From Candidatus Heimdallarchaeota archaeon (GTDB taxonomy: Archaea; Asgardarchaeota; Heimdallarchaeia; JABLTI01): 64,000 bases of DNA. A model generated the notes under the pieces. It ran no database searches and was not told the origin of the DNA. It worked only from the letters and a program-made list of their open reading frames with translations. A program made the translations under genes and the position numbers. The stretch spans positions 397,241-461,240 of the forward strand of contig JABCTZ010000036.1 of NCBI GenBank assembly GCA_018238155.1. The letters run 5' to 3'. Of the stretch, positions 52,709 through 63,574 are shown in pieces. Within the stretch, counting starts at the first letter, position 1, and every line of letters begins with the position of its first letter.

Positions 52709-54487
52709 TCACACCTTGATTTTTTCAGTATGTTCTTCAGAGGATAATGCTTTTGTGTTCTCTTCTCTAAGAGGTCTTCTAAGTATTTTTCCTACAGGGC
52801 TTACGGGTAATTCTTTTCGATATTCAAAGACTTTAGGAATTTTATAAGGAGCTAAATATTGTTTGCAAAACGTTCTTAGTTCATCTGCTGTTTGCTCCTT
52901 AGAACCGGGAGAGCGGACTAGAAATGCTTTGACTTTATCATTTAATTGGTCATCTTTGAATGGAATAACTGCTGCTAAGGAGATATCAGGATGTTTACAT
53001 AAAACCTCTTCAATTTCGAGAGGCCATACTTGGTATCCTGAAGTAAAAATACAATCTTTAAGGCGATCAACAATGACAAAAAAACCATTTTCAGTCATTT
53101 TTGCAACATCACCAGTTTTTAACCAACCATCTGAAGTAAACACTTTTGCTGTTTCTTCAGGTTGATTCAAATACCCCTTCATTACTTGCGGTCCTTTAAT
53201 ACATAATTCTCCTTCTCGAGTGAATCCATCTTTATTGAATTCGTCAGAGATGTCTTCACCAGTTTGAAGGTCTATTAATTTAGCTAGTGTATTTGGTATA
53301 GGTATACCTATACCAATCCGTCTGTATTTTTCATCGACAGGATTGATATGAGTAACAGGCGAAGCTTCTGTTAAACCATATCCTTCAACCAATAATGCAT
53401 TTGTTTTTTCTTCGAAAAGATCTAGAGTGCTCTTGTGTAAAGCACTACCGCCAGAAATACAACCTCTAATGGATGACCAATCATATTTTCTTACTTTAGG
53501 ATGCTCTGCTAATTTTTGGTAAAGAATTGGCACACCCATAAAAAAGTGAATTTTATGTTTTTGAATTAATTTCATTATTTCTTCTAATTTGCGTGGATCC
53601 GGAACAAGGACAATCAAACCACCAACTGATATTGGCCATAGAAATGAAGTGGTTAAACCAAAACTATGAGAAAAGGGTATTGCTCCAAGACTTCGATCCT
53701 TGATACTAGGAAGTTTGCCACCAACCCATTCCATCCAATAATCTACTGCAATTACTTGTGAAAGAAAATTGAAATGAGTAAGCATTGCTCCTTTTGATGG
53801 ACCTGTAGTTCCTACGGTGTATTGTAAAATTGCAATATCTTTTTTAGCATCAATTTTTACATCAATGTTTTTTTCTGACCCCTTAGAAATTAATTCTTTG
53901 TAACGTAATTCAGAGGTATTTGGTTTTGGATTTTTTCGTGCGAGAATTTTTTTGTACAAAAATCCTTTGAGAGGTTTTAACTCATCTGCTATAGACGTGA
54001 CAATTACATATTCAATGTTAGTATTTTTTCTAATTGGTCTAATTTTGTCTAAGAACATATCTAAAGTGAATATAGCAACAGATTCACTGTCTTTTAATTG
54101 AAATTTAATTTCAGTTGGAGTATAGAGAGGACTAATGGCATTTGATATCCCTCCAATGGAAAGAATGCTTAAATAGCTAACAACGAATTGAGGGCAATTG
54201 GGCATTAGTAATCCAATTCGATCTCCTTTTTTAATTCCAAGTTCCAGAAGTGAATTTGCTAATTTTGTTACTTCTTTCCTAGTTTGTTCATATGTTTTTG
54301 TTTTACCTTCAAAAATTAGAAATGGTTGCTTAGCATTTTTTTGTGCACTCTCAAAAAATAACGTTGATAAATCCTTATTTGGGATTTCAATCTCGAGTGG
54401 GATTTTTGTGTGATAGATAGAAGCCCATTTAGCATTTTTGATTTTTTCCGAGTCGTTTTTTTGTGAAACCAACTGCTTCGTCCTCAT
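52709..54487 (-). CDS. Long-chain fatty-acid--CoA ligase (FadD-like)
   Basis: QYTVGTTGPSKG, EGYGLTEASP, GWLKTGD, PYKIPK, VGKILRR. Confidence 0.92.
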   Translation of the reverse strand: MRTKQLVSQKNDSEKIKNAKWASIYHTKIPLEIEIPNKDLSTLFFESAQKNAKQPFLIFEGKTKTYEQTRKEVTKLANSLLELGIKKGDRIGLLMPNCPQFVVSYLSILSIGGISNAISPLYTPTEIKFQLKDSESVAIFTLDMFLDKIRPIRKNTNIEYVIVTSIADELKPLKGFLYKKILARKNPKPNTSELRYKELISKGSEKNIDVKIDAKKDIAILQYTVGTTGPSKGAMLTHFNFLSQVIAVDYWMEWVGGKLPSIKDRSLGAIPFSHSFGLTTSFLWPISVGGLIVLVPDPRKLEEIMKLIQKHKIHFFMGVPILYQKLAEHPKVRKYDWSSIRGCISGGSALHKSTLDLFEEKTNALLVEGYGLTEASPVTHINPVDEKYRRIGIGIPIPNTLAKLIDLQTGEDISDEFNKDGFTREGELCIKGPQVMKGYLNQPEETAKVFTSDGWLKTGDVAKMTENGFFVIVDRLKDCIFTSGYQVWPLEIEEVLCKHPDISLAAVIPFKDDQLNDKVKAFLVRSPGSKEQTADELRTFCKQYLAPYKIPKVFEYRKELPVSPVGKILRRPLREENTKALSSEEHTEKIKV

Positions 54488-54576
54488 CTGAGATTTTAGT
54501 ATAAACTTTATTTGGTTATCATATAATATTTCTGTCCATTAAAGCTGGAACATCTAATATTCAATGTTAATTACAA

Positions 54577-55452
54577 TCATTCTAGCATTGTTTCATCATT
54601 AAACTCTCTTTTTTTTGTCCTAAGAGAATTTGATACTTCAGATAAATAGAACCACTGATGGAGGATCACTGTATAAACAAATGCAGCGCAGGTAGAAAAT
54701 AACACATCAGATGCAAAATGAGCGCCAACTTTTATTCTAGAAATTCCTACAAAAACTCCAATAAAAAGAATGATAGTTATTACTAGAATTTTCAAGGGGT
54801 TCCTCCACTTTAGTTGTTTGACTGTAATTATTAATGGCAAGAGCATCCAACCCATTGCAGTATGACCCGATGGAAAGCTATTGTTTTCTGTACTAGGTCC
54901 AAAAGAAGCATACCATCTCGAGTAGTTTTCTAAACCCTCATCTAATAGATTTCTATATCTAATTCTTTGAGTAAGTAATTTTGTTACTTGAACAAAGAAC
55001 AGTGGATTGAATATTGCCAAAAGAAGAATTACCCAAGAAATTTTTCTAAATTCCTTCATATCTTTTTGATAAAATGTTGGTATGAAAATTAATGGTCCAA
55101 TTCCTATTGTAATACAATATTTTGTAATTTCATAATTTTGTATAATTAAAAAATAAATAAATAATCCTAAGGTGATTGCTATTATAATATATGATGGAAT
55201 TTTCTGCCTATGCTTGCTTTCAAATAAGCTTCCCAATAAAATACAAATTGAAATAATAATTATGCAAAAACCTGGTAACTCACCAAATTCTGCACCAATG
55301 TTCCCCCAAATGGAATTCTGGTTAACAAAAAGTTGCGAAATTTCTAAATCAAACATACCAAATAATGCTGCAAAGATTCCCCAAAATGCAACAATGACAA
55401 AGAGTATTATTGGTGTTTTAGTAGTGCTTTTTATTTTCCAATTGCGTAACAT
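54577..55452 (-). CDS. PAP2-family membrane phosphatase
   Basis: K....R.R, SFPSGH, SRI..GAHFASDV. Confidence 0.9.
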   Translation of the reverse strand: MLRNWKIKSTTKTPIILFVIVAFWGIFAALFGMFDLEISQLFVNQNSIWGNIGAEFGELPGFCIIIISICILLGSLFESKHRQKIPSYIIIAITLGLFIYFLIIQNYEITKYCITIGIGPLIFIPTFYQKDMKEFRKISWVILLLAIFNPLFFVQVTKLLTQRIRYRNLLDEGLENYSRWYASFGPSTENNSFPSGHTAMGWMLLPLIITVKQLKWRNPLKILVITIILFIGVFVGISRIKVGAHFASDVLFSTCAAFVYTVILHQWFYLSEVSNSLRTKKREFNDETMLE

Positions 55453-55524
55453 CAGAACTCACTAATAGCTTTACAAAATAATGAAACATTAGTTTTTCTG
55501 TCGTGGTAAGAAGTAAACTTTAGA

Positions 55525-55821
55525 TCAAGAGTGTTCATGTATGATATTTTGAATTGCTTTTGCAAGTTGTTGAGCACAAGAAACAGCCCTGTTGCAACCA
55601 GCTTCTTTTAATTCATCAATAGAAATATTGACTATTTTGCGGTTTTTAACAAGAATTGGAATAAGTTTATTGTGACCAATACAACCTTTTTCTCCTTCTA
55701 TGATTAAATTGCTTATGGAAATTTCTCCATTATCCTCTTCAATGAGGTCAAAATCAAAAGAGGTTTTACAAGTATCCTCATCTTCAATAGGAGTATATGT
55801 ATAACTGAATTTTCTAACCAC
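55525..55821 (-). CDS. Stand-alone TSCPD-domain protein (TIGR03905-like)
   Basis: YTYTP...TC, GCIG...I..LV, C....SCAQQLAKAI. Confidence 0.7.
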   Translation of the reverse strand: MVRKFSYTYTPIEDEDTCKTSFDFDLIEEDNGEISISNLIIEGEKGCIGHNKLIPILVKNRKIVNISIDELKEAGCNRAVSCAQQLAKAIQNIIHEHS

Positions 55822-56113
55822 TTAATTCACCTGAGTTGATTATTTGATTAGTAATAATTAGCAACTAATAAAATTAGCTATTTAGATTATGATTCAACAA
55901 AAAATCAGATACAAATGACCTTTCATTAAAGCAGATATTCAATAAAGCTGTTCAATATACAAGCAAGATTTTACTACATATAAAGAGGAAAACACTTGAT
56001 ATATCGAATAATTTCTCTAAAATGTTTTAATAATTTATTGAACATAGTATTATATAAGATGTAACAACTAACTCTAAATCTGAAAACAAAATTAATATTT
56101 CAATTTATAAACT

Positions 56114-56145
56114 GAGAGGTCAAATCCTCTCCCTCTCGCTTTTTT
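56114..56145 (+). terminator. Hairpin plus T-tract resembling a tRNA 3' remnant
   Basis: GAGAGG-TCAAAT-CCTCTC then CCTCTCG and T-runs. Confidence 0.35.
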
Positions 56146-56464
56146 ACCCTTTTTTTATCTTCTTCTTTTGAAACTCATATCCCGGTTAATTTAACCATAT
56201 TTGATTGCGTTTTCGTTTTTCAAAATAATCTTTCAAGTGAAAAAAGACAATTAGAAAGAAAACAAGACTAATTAAAATATTGTTATCAATTGATGGATAA
56301 GTTCCATGAAGACCTCTATTATGAAGATGATGAAATCTAAACTAACAAGAAACCTCACTTTGCCATTTTCCAAAGTGATTTAAATAGTAATTTAAATACT
56401 ACTTTTAGAAAAATCTCTTTCTTTACTAAGACTTGAGATTTGAATAATAAAACAATTATAGGGA

Positions 56465-57466
56465 ATGATCATTTTGTCTAAACTAAAAAAGAAAATTTTT
56501 GATTATCTTCCAGCAATTTTTATAGTACTAATTTCTGCTTCTGCTTTTGTACCAGGTTTCCTTCAAAGTGGTGCATCTGAGGCTTTAGAAGATAACCAAC
56601 AATTCTTAGAAGATGCACGTACAACCTATGATTTTATGGTTGATCAAGCGAGGTATATTTACGAATATGATTCAGATATCTATACATTGATGTGGCAAGA
56701 ATTACAAGCTTGTAAGGAATTAGAAGTTGAATGGCTTTCTATAGGCGGTAATACCACCGATTTACAAAATAGTACTTTCGTTGCATTACTACTTTCACAT
56801 TTATCAAATGTCAATGTGTTAGCTGATCAAACTTTTTCGTTTAGTATTGATACTGACCTTAGAAATAATCCAGAACAAATGACCTATGAGATAGATGTAT
56901 CTTCAACTGGTGCTTCATACGAAATCAATAGATCAGATTGGGAAACATATCCGATATTTTTCCGAACTACCCTCGTTGGTTTTCTAACAGATACTTACTC
57001 GGAGTGGTATGCAGATCCTGGTGTAGCATTTTTTACCAATGAAACAATGGAATTTCTATTGAGCGACTATCCAAGTGAATTAAGTGTTGGATTTAATTTC
57101 CTATATGCTGAGGATACTATTTATACTCTAGATAGAAGATGTAATCTTTATTCAATCACACAAAAACCAATTTTCAAACAAAATGCTAAAATTGAAGAAT
57201 ATCTCTTTGAGATTGGAGACATGCAAGCACTTGTCACTAATTACCGGACAATTATATCAGTTATGACTGTAGCAACACTTCTAGCAGCTGCAATGGCTGG
57301 AAGACTTGAAGAAAGGAAGATTTCTCACAAGGTTTCAATTCTTAGAGCCGATTTGAAAAATGATGAAAACTTGATTATCGGTGAAGTTGATAAATTTAGC
57401 TTTTTGATTATAACTGCAGCTTTAATTATTGCAGTGTCTGCTCTCATATTCATCTTACTATTTTAG
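56465..57466 (+). CDS. Hypothetical membrane protein
   Basis: N-terminal TM, large acidic loop and two C-terminal TM segments. Confidence 0.7.
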   Translation: MIILSKLKKKIFDYLPAIFIVLISASAFVPGFLQSGASEALEDNQQFLEDARTTYDFMVDQARYIYEYDSDIYTLMWQELQACKELEVEWLSIGGNTTDLQNSTFVALLLSHLSNVNVLADQTFSFSIDTDLRNNPEQMTYEIDVSSTGASYEINRSDWETYPIFFRTTLVGFLTDTYSEWYADPGVAFFTNETMEFLLSDYPSELSVGFNFLYAEDTIYTLDRRCNLYSITQKPIFKQNAKIEEYLFEIGDMQALVTNYRTIISVMTVATLLAAAMAGRLEERKISHKVSILRADLKNDENLIIGEVDKFSFLIITAALIIAVSALIFILLF

Positions 57467-57495
57467 ATGCTAAGTTCACCTCTACAGGTGAACAA

Positions 57496-58947
57496 TTATT
57501 CTTTTTCTTGGTATTCAATTTGTATTGATTCATCTTCTTTTTCTGTAATTTCAATATCATTTGTTAGTTCGACCCAAGATATTGGTGTTGGTTCAGAAAC
57601 TTTCCCTTGTACATCCATGAAATCACCAAAAATAGCTCTCCTATTTTGTTTCTTGGCTTGAAAAGGTGCTTTTAATACTAAAGCAAATAACCAATCTATT
57701 GAACCGATGAAATGACCTTTTTCCCAAACCCAGGTTATACCAAACCACATCAATATTTCGAGTGCAATAAGAAACAATGTCCAACCAAGATTTAACCCAA
57801 AAGACGTTCTAAATCCGGGGTCGTAACTGAATATCTGGAAGATATAATACAATAATACTCTAAGGACTGCTTGGATAGAAGCCAAAGAATAAACTGTTAA
57901 TGAGAACACTCCTACTCTTCGACTGAAACGCGATCGTTTCAACCTCTTCTCCCAATCTACTTTGGCATTGAATTCATGACGAGCTAGAAATCCTAATACC
58001 ACCATTAGTAGCATACCAATTGTCAAGAACGTAAACCATGTAGGATGCACATGAAAGGTTACCAAAGAAAATGGATCCTCGGGTATTTTCTCTACAACAA
58101 AGAGCCAAAATACAGAGAAGATCATACAAAAACCTGCAAAACCAAAACCTCATGAAAGGAATTTCTTTTTATCAGGTTTGCCCTGGGAGAGAAAGATGCC
58201 AAATATTGACCCTACAGCGCTATATGCAAAATGCGGGAATAGGGGAGATTCTCTTCCGGTTGCTTGATTAGCAAAAAATCTTACAATATAATCCCACCAA
58301 CCTTTGTCACCAATATTTTGTAAATATTCGGGGATAACAGCTAAACCTTCGTTATGGAAATCAATTCCCCAGAAATTATTTGCTGCTTGATAAATTGCTG
58401 GTGCAGGGAAAATAAAAGCTAATCCTAACAAACCAAAAACAATTGACCCTACAATTGGTTTTCTTAACTTTTCACTTGAGGTGAGAATATAGAATACAAT
58501 CGCAGAAAGAATAATTGCAAAAGCAATGTTTGCAAATTGATCTGCATGGTAAATTTTTCGCCATTCAAGATGAATTGGCTGCTGTTCAACCCAGCTTTTT
58601 GATATTTGCCATTGAGCTAAGAAAACATAGAAAAACATTGCCCAAATCCAAAGAACAATTCCTTTTAATATTTCTTGGAATAAAATTACTTCTCTAGACA
58701 TTCCACTTTTGAACTTCTTTTGCATCATATACATGTGAATTGCTGCACTTATCAATAGAAACAATCCACGCTAATGTCCAAAAACAATAACTAATGACAT
58801 GAAGATGAAACCGTACCATGGTAAATTTCCCGGGTCAGTTTCGGCAATACCTTCTATTTGTGAAACCAACATAAAAGTATGTATCATTAAATTACCAAAT
58901 ATTGCCCATCCCCGAAGTATATCAAAGGAAATTATTCTGTCGGACAT
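57496..58947 (-). pseudogene. DUF1624/DUF418-like polytopic membrane protein interrupted by two in-frame stops
   Basis: One continuous frame of 484 codons from MSDRIISFDILRGWAIFGNLMIH, with TAG at 58773-58771 (GH*RG) and TGA at 58152-58150 (LS*GF). Confidence 0.85.
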
Positions 58948-59059
58948 TTCAACATATACGATGTTTGGTAGTAAAAAAAGTTATCCACAGACCATTTTAA
59001 GTGAAAAAGTCAAAAAAAAGAAAGATGAATTAGGACTAATACCTAATTTTTTTTTACTG

Positions 59060-61120
59060 CTAGCATTGAGAAGATATCCAAACTAACCATCTAGCGGGGT
59101 AAGGATCGGAACTGACATAGCCATAACCATGTAGATGATCATGGTAAGGATCGTCCTGTTGTGGATTCCAAGTATCATCTGAATTTGATGCATAGAAAAT
59201 TGCTGACCATCTTTTCCAACCAGTTGTTTGCTTAGCAGCTTTAAACCAGGAATACCTAACGGTATGTCCATCTCTACCATGTTTGGCAAACTTCTCACCT
59301 CTACTCTTAGAATCCGTTCCAAATGTAGCAAATCCACAAATCATGTGTAATCCTTTCATAGCAGGTCCCCATCTTTGAAAAACGTTATAACCATAATTAG
59401 TATCAAATTGAAGAATACTACAAGTGTCTAAAATAATCCATTCAAGATCCCCATTACCCCATTCAGCTTCATGATCAACTAATCCTGCATCATCTTTTTG
59501 AGATGTAAAAGAGAAACTATTTGGTAAACCATGACCACGGTAATAAGCTATATCAACAGCATCAATATAGAAATCATCCATTCCACCATTTGTTGCTGCT
59601 GCTCGTTTGAAATCCTCTTCCCATGCGCTAGCATCTCCAAATTTAAACACCTTATCCCACATTGTACTGCCACCTAGTTTGTTATAGAATCTTCTTGCAG
59701 CATCATCAGCATTGGGTAAGCGATCACTACCAGAGTATCCTACATATTCTGCGCCTATTTCGTATACGCCATTGTCATCATCATCATAAGCTGCTTCTAA
59801 TGGAAATTCAAAGGTGAAAGTGTTTATTGAAGCTTTTACAGTCGATATTTGAATGATTGAAGACATAAAAAACATAGAAACTAATGCAGTAACAATTGCA
59901 ACAGATTTTCTTTTTCTATCATTAAGTTTAGAAAAGAAAACGAATAATGCAATTCCAAGTGTTCCTATTATAATAAAATGTTCAATTCCAAATATTGCAG
60001 AACCTGCAATTATTTCCACTTGTATTGAATCAGAAGCTGTTAAACCATTATCATCTGTTAAAGTTAATGTAATAGTATGAGCTACAGAAGAATTGCCTTT
60101 AGTAACTGCTGATAAATCATCACATTGGAATGTTTCTTGATTGCTCAAAATTCCATCTATATCTGACTCCCAATTATATGTATATGGAGAGGTTCCTTCA
60201 AAAAAAGAACAATTAAAATTAATAGAATCTCCCGATGTGAAAGTTTTTCCATCTGAAGGATTTGTTAAGTAGACTTTCGGATTAAAAGATGTGGCTGGTA
60301 GAAATACTACTCTTGAATATTCAATATCAGCAAATGTTTGTTTGATTTCAACTTCATAGACTGGATAGATATAATCTTGGACGACTCCAACTGAATCTTG
60401 GTAGTAAACTAATTCATATTCAATTGAAATATAATTTGTAATCTCATGCATTGTTAATACATCATCAATACTATATAATGGAACATAAAGTAAAGGTACG
60501 GTTTTACGTTTAATCCAATTGAAACCAATAATCTCTCCACCATTACCAAGTGAAACTGAACTGGAAGCACCGGGACCTCCAAATCTAAGATTGTTCAATT
60601 CATAACCATAATTAACATTGATATTCAATAGCTTCTCTTTCATCTCATGAGTTTCTGTATTATATGCTGTAGCATTCGTTGAGCCAAAATATACGAAATG
60701 AGTTGGATCGAAGTAAGAAGAGCTTGTTAAAAATTTGTTTGCATTTGCTTCACAAGATTCAAGATCAGGCAAATCTGGACTATAGGTTACATTCCAAAGT
60801 TTGGATTCATCAGCATACCAAATGGAACCACATTCAGTATACATTTCAAATGTTTCACTTCCATTCTGTATCATTATCCTTCCTTCAGATTCAGATATCG
60901 TACCATTTAATTTAAACAGATCATTAGCTAGTGTTTGCGTAAAAGTTTGATTTACCTCTGCAGGAACAGTCCCAAAAATCTGTGCTTCTCCTATGGGTTG
61001 ATAATTGAAATCATTGGTTTCTACTGTTTCTATAATATTAATAGCCATGCTTTCTTGATTAGAAGACAGCATTAAAATAATGTAAAGTGAGAAAAATATA
61101 AACAAATGGCTTCTTTTCAT
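59060..61120 (-). CDS. Secreted/membrane protein: N-domain, PKD/Ig-like domain, TM hairpin, DUF6345-like domain
   Basis: Signal peptide; PYTYNWESDIDG...HTITLTLTD..G; two TM segments; AWEEDF, DIAYYRGHG, WGNGDLEWIILDTC, GLHMICGF. Confidence 0.75.
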   Translation of the reverse strand: MKRSHLFIFFSLYIILMLSSNQESMAINIIETVETNDFNYQPIGEAQIFGTVPAEVNQTFTQTLANDLFKLNGTISESEGRIMIQNGSETFEMYTECGSIWYADESKLWNVTYSPDLPDLESCEANANKFLTSSSYFDPTHFVYFGSTNATAYNTETHEMKEKLLNINVNYGYELNNLRFGGPGASSSVSLGNGGEIIGFNWIKRKTVPLLYVPLYSIDDVLTMHEITNYISIEYELVYYQDSVGVVQDYIYPVYEVEIKQTFADIEYSRVVFLPATSFNPKVYLTNPSDGKTFTSGDSINFNCSFFEGTSPYTYNWESDIDGILSNQETFQCDDLSAVTKGNSSVAHTITLTLTDDNGLTASDSIQVEIIAGSAIFGIEHFIIIGTLGIALFVFFSKLNDRKRKSVAIVTALVSMFFMSSIIQISTVKASINTFTFEFPLEAAYDDDDNGVYEIGAEYVGYSGSDRLPNADDAARRFYNKLGGSTMWDKVFKFGDASAWEEDFKRAAATNGGMDDFYIDAVDIAYYRGHGLPNSFSFTSQKDDAGLVDHEAEWGNGDLEWIILDTCSILQFDTNYGYNVFQRWGPAMKGLHMICGFATFGTDSKSRGEKFAKHGRDGHTVRYSWFKAAKQTTGWKRWSAIFYASNSDDTWNPQQDDPYHDHLHGYGYVSSDPYPARWLVWISSQC

Positions 61121-61265
61121 AATAACACCTTTAACTTATTATTTAACTAAGATAATATTCTCAGAATACTTAATATGTTTATCTAATCTAGACTTTCTTT
61201 ATGATACTTTGACTTATTTAAGAGAATAACTTAAATCTTAATATTTCCTATAAAATATTATTCTG

Positions 61266-62294
61266 GTGATACTTTTGGAGAAAGCAAAGGTCTATTTCTA
61301 TGAAAATGTGAAGGATTTGGAAACTGGTTATGATAAATTCTTCAAAATGATTGCTGATGAGCTAAATACCCAAGAAAAAATTGCTATTAAAATTCATTTT
61401 GGTGCAGATAAGAATGATACCCATCTAAATCCAAATCATATGAAGTCACTACCAAAAATTTTCAAAAAACCGATCTTTATTGAGAGTAACTGCCTTTATC
61501 CCGGAAGAAGACATAGAAGTGATGAACATATCAAACTAGCTCATGAACATGGGTTTGATTTTCTGGAGATTGATATTATTGATGGCGATTTAGGTAGAGA
61601 TTACATTGAAGTAGAAATTAATACTAAAAATACTAAAAAAGCAAAGATAAGCTCCGGTTTACAAAGGTACAAAAATTTAGTTTCTGTTGCTCATTTTAAA
61701 GGACACGTTGCAGCTGGTTTTGGTGGCGCATTGAAAAATCTTGGAATGGGCTTAGGTTCTCGAGGAGGGAAACTCGATATGCATTCAGGAATAGCTCCTA
61801 CAGTAAATGAAGAAAAATGCACCGCTTGTGGCATTTGTGCTGAGAACTGTATTGCGGATGCCATAACAGTTGAAGATTATGCAATAGTTGATCAAGATAA
61901 ATGTATAGGATGCGCTTACTGTATTTCTGTTTGCCCTGAAACTGCATTTCGACCTCCATTTGGAATAAGAAAAGGTAATGAATTCCTAGAGTCAATAGCT
62001 GAATATGCATTAGCAGGAACAATTGGTTACAATTGGTTCTACATAAATGGGATAGTAAATATCACTATGATATGTGATTGCATGCGAATAAAACAGACAC
62101 CATTTATGGATGACATTGGTATTGTTTATTCCAAAGATCCAGTTGCCATTGATAAAGCATCATTAGACATTGTCACGGAGCAAAATAACGGGGTAAATCC
62201 TTTTCTTAAAAATAATGCAATGCAAGAACATATCCTCGACTATGCTGAAAAAATTGGTTTAGGTACAACAAAGTATGAACTTATACATCTTTAG
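61266..62294 (+). CDS. DUF362 protein with 2x[4Fe-4S] ferredoxin domain
   Basis: IAIKIHFG, HFKGH..AGFGGALKNLGMG, CTACGICAENC, CIGCAYCISVCP, CDC, DPVAIDKAS. Confidence 0.93.
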   Translation: MILLEKAKVYFYENVKDLETGYDKFFKMIADELNTQEKIAIKIHFGADKNDTHLNPNHMKSLPKIFKKPIFIESNCLYPGRRHRSDEHIKLAHEHGFDFLEIDIIDGDLGRDYIEVEINTKNTKKAKISSGLQRYKNLVSVAHFKGHVAAGFGGALKNLGMGLGSRGGKLDMHSGIAPTVNEEKCTACGICAENCIADAITVEDYAIVDQDKCIGCAYCISVCPETAFRPPFGIRKGNEFLESIAEYALAGTIGYNWFYINGIVNITMICDCMRIKQTPFMDDIGIVYSKDPVAIDKASLDIVTEQNNGVNPFLKNNAMQEHILDYAEKIGLGTTKYELIHL

Positions 62295-62423
62295 AATAAT
62301 GTTCTGAGATAAAATAAAATCTTCAAAGTAATTCCAAAAAAACTGTTCTCTTACGGATTATAAACATAGTAACCAATGATAATAAAAATGGTTTATTTTT
62401 GTAATGAATATCAGTGATAAATA

Positions 62424-63464
62424 ATGTCCAAAATAACAATCATATCCAATGTTAAAGAAGAAATTCCAAGAAAATATCTGGAACAATTATTCAAATTAAT
62501 GCAAGTAAACAATCAAGAGATATTGAAAATTAAGCCTCCTTCAATAGGGTATTTCAAAAGAGCTTGGGTTCTAGGATCATCTTCTGAAGAAAAAATATTT
62601 TATTTATTAGCTATTAATCCGGAAGACGAAGTTTTTGGATATGGGCAATGTTCTTGGAATATTAATTATGATAATTTGGATAAGGGATATGTTTGGGCAC
62701 ATATTGCAAGAAAATACCGAAGAAAAGGATATGGCACTCAGTTATTTCTTAAAGCAGTTGAAATATTGCCAGATCAAATTACAGGATTATATATTGAAAC
62801 TTTCGAAGATTCAGATGGAATCCGCTTCATTGAATCTTTAGGTGTGAAGGAAGGATATAAAGAAACACTCAGTGCTTCAGATTTAACAAAATTCAATCTG
62901 GAAGAAGTTAAAAAAGAAGCAAAAGTACAAAGAGAAAAAGCCAATGAGAAAGGTTATGAAATAATCTATATTGATGCTTTAGAGGAAATTTTGCTTGTTG
63001 ATTTTAGCAAATATGTTGAAATGCTAGAAGAAATATGGAATGACATGCCTCGAGAAGAACTTACTTTTGAAGATTATAAATTATCAATTGAGAGAGTAAA
63101 GAAAATGAATCAGAGAAGACTTCTTAGGGGAGACAGCATAATGACTTTTGTAGCTATTCACAAGGAATCAGGAGATCCAATTGGACTCTCTAACTCTTAC
63201 ATTAATGAATATCAACCTACACTAGTTAGACAAGGAGATACAGGAATAGTAAGAGCACACAGAGGTAATGGTTTAGGATTAGCACTTAAATATCAAATGC
63301 TTGAGAAATTATTATTTGAGACTGATGCAAAATTATGGAGAACAGGAAATGCTGGTAGCAATGAACATATGCTGCGAATTAATCAAATTCTAAAATATGA
63401 ACCATTTGCTTGCGTTCATGAATTTGAAGTAAATAAAAAAGACCTTCTTAAGAGATTAAAATGA
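62424..63464 (+). CDS. Tandem GNAT acetyltransferase
   Basis: YRRKGYGT and TGIVRAHRGNGLG.ALK...TGNAGSNEHML.IN. Confidence 0.88.
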   Translation: MSKITIISNVKEEIPRKYLEQLFKLMQVNNQEILKIKPPSIGYFKRAWVLGSSSEEKIFYLLAINPEDEVFGYGQCSWNINYDNLDKGYVWAHIARKYRRKGYGTQLFLKAVEILPDQITGLYIETFEDSDGIRFIESLGVKEGYKETLSASDLTKFNLEEVKKEAKVQREKANEKGYEIIYIDALEEILLVDFSKYVEMLEEIWNDMPREELTFEDYKLSIERVKKMNQRRLLRGDSIMTFVAIHKESGDPIGLSNSYINEYQPTLVRQGDTGIVRAHRGNGLGLALKYQMLEKLLFETDAKLWRTGNAGSNEHMLRINQILKYEPFACVHEFEVNKKDLLKRLK

Positions 63465-63574
63465 GCTTTTGTATTATCTATTTTGGTTTGATTTACTATT
63501 ATGTGACTATATAATAAACAATATATACATTATCAATTCATAAAAATTAGTGAATTAGAGGTTGAGCTGAGGTT

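Noticed and set aside
52709-55452. Acyl-CoA ligase and PAP2 phosphatase as part of the synthase cluster
   Set aside because: They lie about 30 kb away, are separated by unrelated genes and belong to common families, so the link is unsupported.
58150-58773. Pyrrolysine/selenocysteine recoding or an alternative genetic code to explain the TAG and TGA
   Set aside because: Two different stop types occur at probable Trp positions, TAG and TGA end many normal genes in this window, and no Pyl/Sec machinery is visible.
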